The position numbers were made by a program, and so were the translations under genes. Source: an uncultured Planctomycetia bacterium (GTDB lineage: Bacteria > Omnitrophota > Gorgyraeia > Duberdicusellales > 4484-171). From it: DNA of 62,822 nt. This document shows, one piece after another, positions 58,959 to 62,822 of this stretch; the stretch's first letter is position 1; each line of letters opens with the position of its first letter. Under the pieces are notes generated by a model. It was not told the origin of the DNA, searched no databases, and saw only the letters and a program-made list of their open reading frames with translations. The DNA lies in contig CAZWON010000007.1 of assembly GCA_964635565.1 (NCBI GenBank), positions 1-62,822 on the forward strand, given 5' to 3'.

Positions 58959-59698
58959 TCTTTATATTGTTATTTTTCATAGGCTGTATTACTACAGAAT
59001 ATGATGTTTCTACTCACCGTCAGAATATTTTCTTATATTCTGTTGATAAAGAAGTTGCTTTAGGTAAAAATATTGCTGAAAATATTGGCAAAGAATTAAA
59101 AATCTCCAAAAGTCCTGCTTATATAGAAAGGATAAATAAAATTGGTTCTCAGATTGTAGAAGTTTGTGATAGAAAAGAGATATATTACTACTTCTATGTT
59201 CTTGATGAAAAAGATAAGTATAGTGCTTTTAGTATTCCTGGCGGTTATGTCTATGTGGATAAAAGTCTAATGGATATCCTTAGCGATGATGAATTAGCTT
59301 TTGTTTTAGCCCATGAAATTGGACATATTGTTGCTCGCCATGCTATTAAAAAATTACAGGCAGTAATGGGAGCAAATCTTCTTATGTTAGCTTCTGTGCA
59401 TGCAGAAGCAACCCCAGGTTTTCACAGAGGTCTTTCTTTTGCTCTTGCCCAAATTATGGTAGCTTATTCTCGTAAAGATGAATATACCGCTGATGAATTA
59501 GCCACTAAATATCTTAAATTAGCAGGTTTTAGTCCTCAAGCAGGTATCAGTGTGCTTAACAAATTGTATAATCTCCATAAGAAAGAACCTTTACGTCAGT
59601 ATTCCTACTTTAAAACTCACCCTTATATCGCCCAAAGAATTCGGCATATTAAAGAGTATCTGGGGATTCCTTTGGATATCAATGATTATATCAATTAA
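58916..59698 (+). CDS. M48 family metallopeptidase, probable lipoprotein (start uncertain)
   Basis: AFSIPGG, HEIGH, EYTADE, THP; lipobox FIGC. Confidence 0.88.
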   Translation: MSLCKYFYKKRFYLIFILLFFIGCITTEYDVSTHRQNIFLYSVDKEVALGKNIAENIGKELKISKSPAYIERINKIGSQIVEVCDRKEIYYYFYVLDEKDKYSAFSIPGGYVYVDKSLMDILSDDELAFVLAHEIGHIVARHAIKKLQAVMGANLLMLASVHAEATPGFHRGLSFALAQIMVAYSRKDEYTADELATKYLKLAGFSPQAGISVLNKLYNLHKKEPLRQYSYFKTHPYIAQRIRHIKEYLGIPLDINDYIN

Positions 59699-59701
59699 TT
59701 T

Positions 59702-60682
59702 TTACTTCATAAAAAATTTTAAAATAAGTATATTCACAAGCGATAAGGTATTATAGAGGCTATGAAAAACAATAGCAGACACTATATTGCGGGTTTTCTC
59801 GTAAATATAGCATATTCCTATACTGAGGATAAAAACGATAAAAAACCCCCATATACTAGAATGAAGAAAAGCAAATACTATTGATGTAATTATTACTGCA
59901 GACTTCCAGTCTAGTTTTTTCTTTAAAAAATTATATATAAATCCTCTAAAGAAGAGTTCTTCACTAATAGGACCTAAGAAAATTATTTCTATAGAAAGTA
60001 TAAATAGCATAAAGGGGTCTTTTAAGATAAGCATTATATATACAGCAACCTGAGGAGTGAAAAAAAGATGAAATCTTTCTTGAATTTCTATCATAATATA
60101 ATTAATCAAGACAATAAGGAGTATTGTTAAAGCATATACCCGTAATACAGCAATTATTTCTTTTTTTGGCAAGCTTACACCTAAAGAAGAAAAAGGGATG
60201 TTCTTTATTACAATAAGTATAATAAGAATTTGGAAAATAAAATTCATTATTATACTAAGATGTGGAGAATAATTGTATTCCTTTTTATATATCATTAATG
60301 CAATAGAAATAAAATAGAGTAGCGAATATGTATATATACTGTAAAATAAAAGTAAAGATGCATGATGGTTACCCAATGCAAATTTTAAAGACGGTTTATT
60401 TGATACAACAAAAGGTTTTTTATTAAAAATACAATATAAAAAAATAAATATATTTATAAGACCATACAAAAAAAGCATAAATAAAAGAAAGAAAAAAATA
60501 GCAACAAAAGGATTGTTCTCTAAAGCAAATATATTGAAAGAATATTCTTTGTGTATTTTTGCTAGATTTTCTTTATAGGAAGAAGAGGGAAGTAAAGTAT
60601 TGAGAACTAAAATACACAGGATTAAAAAAACACTTAAAGTAATGTATACTTTTGTATTGTTCTTAATTAAAATATTTTTCAC
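59702..60682 (-). CDS. CPBP (Abi/CAAX) intramembrane protease
   Basis: EELFFRG, FAFLH, HSLYN. Confidence 0.9.
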   Translation of the reverse strand: MKNILIKNNTKVYITLSVFLILCILVLNTLLPSSSYKENLAKIHKEYSFNIFALENNPFVAIFFFLLFMLFLYGLINIFIFLYCIFNKKPFVVSNKPSLKFALGNHHASLLLFYSIYTYSLLYFISIALMIYKKEYNYSPHLSIIMNFIFQILIILIVIKNIPFSSLGVSLPKKEIIAVLRVYALTILLIVLINYIMIEIQERFHLFFTPQVAVYIMLILKDPFMLFILSIEIIFLGPISEELFFRGFIYNFLKKKLDWKSAVIITSIVFAFLHSSIWGFFIVFILSIGICYIYEKTRNIVSAIVFHSLYNTLSLVNILILKFFMK

Positions 60683-60688
60683 TAAACT

Positions 60689-60717
60689 ATTATATCTTTA
60701 AGATTTAACTAGGTAAA
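60689..60717 (-). promoter_or_regulatory. CPBP gene promoter, probable leaderless transcript
   Basis: Minus strand TTTACC (60717-12), 17 nt, TATAAT (60694-89), 6 nt to GTG. Confidence 0.5.
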
Positions 60718-60741
60718 ATAATTTATAATATTTTTTAATTC

Positions 60742-60750
60742 TGGTATAAT
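60742..60750 (+). promoter_or_regulatory. Extended -10 promoter upstream of tRNA-Leu
   Basis: TG-G-TATAAT. Confidence 0.55.
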
Positions 60751-60806
60751 TAATCTATAAAGATATTTTTATTTTTGAAATATTTTTGAAATAAAAAAAG
60801 GTCAAA

Positions 60807-60888
60807 GCGCGGGTGGCGGAACTGGCAGACGCGCTAGATTCAGGTTCTAGTGGGTAATACCGTGCGGGTTCAACTCCCGCCCCGCGCA
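60807..60888 (+). tRNA. tRNA-Leu(CAG)
   Basis: GCGCGGG/CCCGCGC; CTAGA-TT-CAG-GT-TCTAG; variable arm. Confidence 0.95.
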
Positions 60889-61021
60889 TTTATATAAGAT
60901 TAAAGAGGCCAATTTTGAATTTTAAAGAGATATTATTTTAGAATTATGGTATATGGCCTTGACTTCTTTGATAATCTTACGAACGTAGTGCGAGAAGGGT
61001 CATAGCCCTATGATGTATTCC

Positions 61022-61111
61022 GGAGAGGTGCCTGAGTTTGGCTTAAAGGGACGGTCTCGAAAACCGTTGTACCTTTTAAAGGTACCCTGGGTTCAAATCC
61101 CAGCCTCTCCG
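61022..61111 (+). tRNA. tRNA-Ser(CGA)
   Basis: GGAGAGG/CCTCTCC; ACGGT-CT-CGA-AA-ACCGT; long variable arm; G discriminator. Confidence 0.95.
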
Positions 61112-61229
61112 TGTTATACTATCATTTTAAGGTAAGGATACAAAAGAGAGACTAAGGGATAAAGAGAGCCTAATACATTTTTGGATGCACTATAAAAAAA
61201 GATATCTGGCTTACGCCAGATAGTGCATA

Positions 61230-61247
61230 CAAATCCCAGCCTCTCCG
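61230..61247 (+). repeat. 18-bp direct repeat of the tRNA-Ser 3' end (att-like)
   Basis: CAAATCCCAGCCTCTCCG identical to 61094-61111. Confidence 0.9.
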
Positions 61248-61292
61248 CTTGATATTTATCTAAAAATGCAAGATAAGTAAATAGGATAAAAA

Positions 61293-62237
61293 ATGGTAAC
61301 AATATTTTTAGCTATTATAAAGTTATTTTTTATAATCTTTTTAGGTTTCTATCTCTATCGCCGAAAGGTATTAAAAGAGGAGGCTTTAAGTTTTATAACA
61401 ACATTTGTTATAAATATTAGTATACCTTCTTTGGTATTTTCAAATATAATTACTCATTTCCAACCAGATAAATTACCCTCCCCCTTAATATTTATTGGCT
61501 TAAGCATAGGGATATTTTTGTTAGGATTTATATTGGGTGTATTTTTTTCCTTTAAAATCCCTCAATCAATACGTAGAGAATTCATCACCTTAACAAGTTT
61601 TCAAAATTGTGGATATTTGCCGATGAATATTGCGGTTTTTCTCTTGTCTTCTCCTTTAAGAGAAACATTCCTTACGTATATTTTTCTTTATATACTGGGA
61701 TTTAATATTCTTATGTGGTCAATAGGGACATTTTTAATATTTAAAAGAAAAGAGGAAACTTTTAAGATGACATCAATGTTTACTCCTCCAATTTTAAGCA
61801 CAATCATTTCTTTAGGTATTGTATATTTAGGCTTAAAAGAAGCTATTCCTTCTATTATCCTTTCTCCTTTAAAGGCAATAGGGGAAACAAGTTTTGTTCT
61901 TTCCATGATAATTTTAGGAGCGTGGCTGGCAAAAAGCAGGGCAAAAACTTACCTTTACTCTTTGAGTGTATGGAGAGTAGCTATAGTAAAACTTGTTCTT
62001 TTACCTGCTGTTATGTTTACAATCATTATTCGTAATAATTTATTTTCTTTAATAGGAATGTTTATTATTTTAGAATCAAGTATGCCTTCAGCTGCTTCGT
62101 TACCTATTGTTGTTAGTTTAAGAGGGGGAGATAGTAAGTTTATCTCTTGCGGTGTGTTTCTAACACATATACTTGGTGTCGTAACAGTACCTTTTTGGAT
62201 AGAATTATTTTTGAGAATATCTAATTTAAAAATTTAA
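61293..62237 (+). CDS. AEC (auxin efflux carrier) family transporter
   Basis: PSLVFS, FQNCGYLP, PPILS, MPSAAS; ~10 TM helices. Confidence 0.88.
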   Translation: MVTIFLAIIKLFFIIFLGFYLYRRKVLKEEALSFITTFVINISIPSLVFSNIITHFQPDKLPSPLIFIGLSIGIFLLGFILGVFFSFKIPQSIRREFITLTSFQNCGYLPMNIAVFLLSSPLRETFLTYIFLYILGFNILMWSIGTFLIFKRKEETFKMTSMFTPPILSTIISLGIVYLGLKEAIPSIILSPLKAIGETSFVLSMIILGAWLAKSRAKTYLYSLSVWRVAIVKLVLLPAVMFTIIIRNNLFSLIGMFIILESSMPSAASLPIVVSLRGGDSKFISCGVFLTHILGVVTVPFWIELFLRISNLKI

Positions 62238-62240
62238 GGA

Positions 62241-62699
62241 ATGAGAATAGTATCTACAAACCGAAAAGCGAAGTATAATTATAATATTTTAGAAACCTTT
62301 GAAGTGGGAATAGAATTAAAAGGTATGGAAGTAAAATCATTACGCCAGAAAGGATGTTCTTTAGAAGGAGCATTTGGCAGAGTTGAGCAAGGGGAGGTTA
62401 TTCTTTATAATATGAATATTCCTGAGTTTGATAAGTCTTCCTATTTTAAAGTTGATTCTCGTCGTCCTCGTAAACTTCTCCTTCACAAAAGAGAAATTAA
62501 AAAACTTATTGGTACAACTACACAGAAAGGCTTAACATTAATTCCTTTAAAAGTGTATTTTAACGAGAGAGGGTGGGCAAAAGTAGAAATTGCTTTAGCG
62601 AGAGGAAAAAGAGCATATGATAAAAGAAGAAAAATAAAAGAGGAAATAGAAAAAAAAGAAGCACAGCGCATCTTAAAAAGATACAGTAAAAGATATTGA
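62241..62699 (+). CDS. smpB: SsrA-binding protein
   Basis: NRKAKYNY, GIELKGMEVKS, RKLLLHKREI, GKRAYDKR. Confidence 0.97.
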   Translation: MRIVSTNRKAKYNYNILETFEVGIELKGMEVKSLRQKGCSLEGAFGRVEQGEVILYNMNIPEFDKSSYFKVDSRRPRKLLLHKREIKKLIGTTTQKGLTLIPLKVYFNERGWAKVEIALARGKRAYDKRRKIKEEIEKKEAQRILKRYSKRY

Positions 62700-62723
62700 A
62701 TAAATTAACTGTTAGTGTATAAT
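62696..62723 (+). promoter_or_regulatory. tRNA-Lys promoter
   Basis: TTGAAT (62696-701), 16 nt, TATAAT (62718-23). Confidence 0.6.
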
Positions 62724-62749
62724 TTTATTTTCTGTTTATTAACTTGTAC

Positions 62750-62822
62750 GGGCCGCTGGCTCAACTGGCAGAGCAACGGACTCTTAATCCGTCGGTTGCA
62801 GGTTCAAGTCCTGCGCGGCCCA
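62750..62822 (+). tRNA. tRNA-Lys(CTT), ending at the window edge
   Basis: GGGCCGC/GCGGCCC; ACGGA-CT-CTT-AA-TCCGT; GCAGG-TTCAAGT-CCTGC. Confidence 0.95.

Noticed and set aside
61114-61302. 62-aa minus-strand ORF
   Set aside because: Spans the att-like repeat, overlaps the AEC gene start, and has no motif or SD.

Overview
AT-rich (roughly one-third GC by eye) bacterial core-genome segment. Almost all genes are on the + strand. Gene content and fusions suggest a diderm PVC-type lineage, probably Omnitrophota (inference, not tested). In order: a stand-alone 20-aa Lys-rich micro-gene; radical SAM-feoAB-lipoprotein-MPG; B12 radical SAM; a decayed PilZ gene; tilS-ftsH-folP-cdaA-mini-cdaR-pdxJ-acpS-nnrD; tRNA-Thr/Tyr/Gly; gpsA; aroK-dprA-topA-xerC; a lipid A/LPS-core cluster with two fusion proteins; tRNA-Ile2/Val; Zn-ribbon-rnhA-yebC-ruvC-ruvA-scpB-metK-ahcY; DUF4139, pfkA, class II aldolase; ilvD-ilvBNC-leuA-aroE-prepilin peptidase-MscS-OMP-FAD oxidoreductase-Nudix; a minus-strand pstSCAB1B2-phoU operon; pyrE, M48 and CPBP proteases; tRNA-Leu/Ser; AEC transporter; smpB; tRNA-Lys. 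I found no CRISPR array, transposase or phage genes. Best leads: (1) two PstB ATPases whose degenerate motifs all fall into one composite ATP site, implying an asymmetric heterodimer; (2) the unannotated histone/protamine-like micro-protein with a complete expression cassette; (3) heptamer (ATAGNNN-type) tandem repeats at three loci, one an inverted pair between tRNAs and one inside ahcY; (4) a 118-bp att-bounded mini-island at tRNA-Ser; (5) an LpxL-ELM1/GtrOC1 fusion and a transmembrane-only CdaR.
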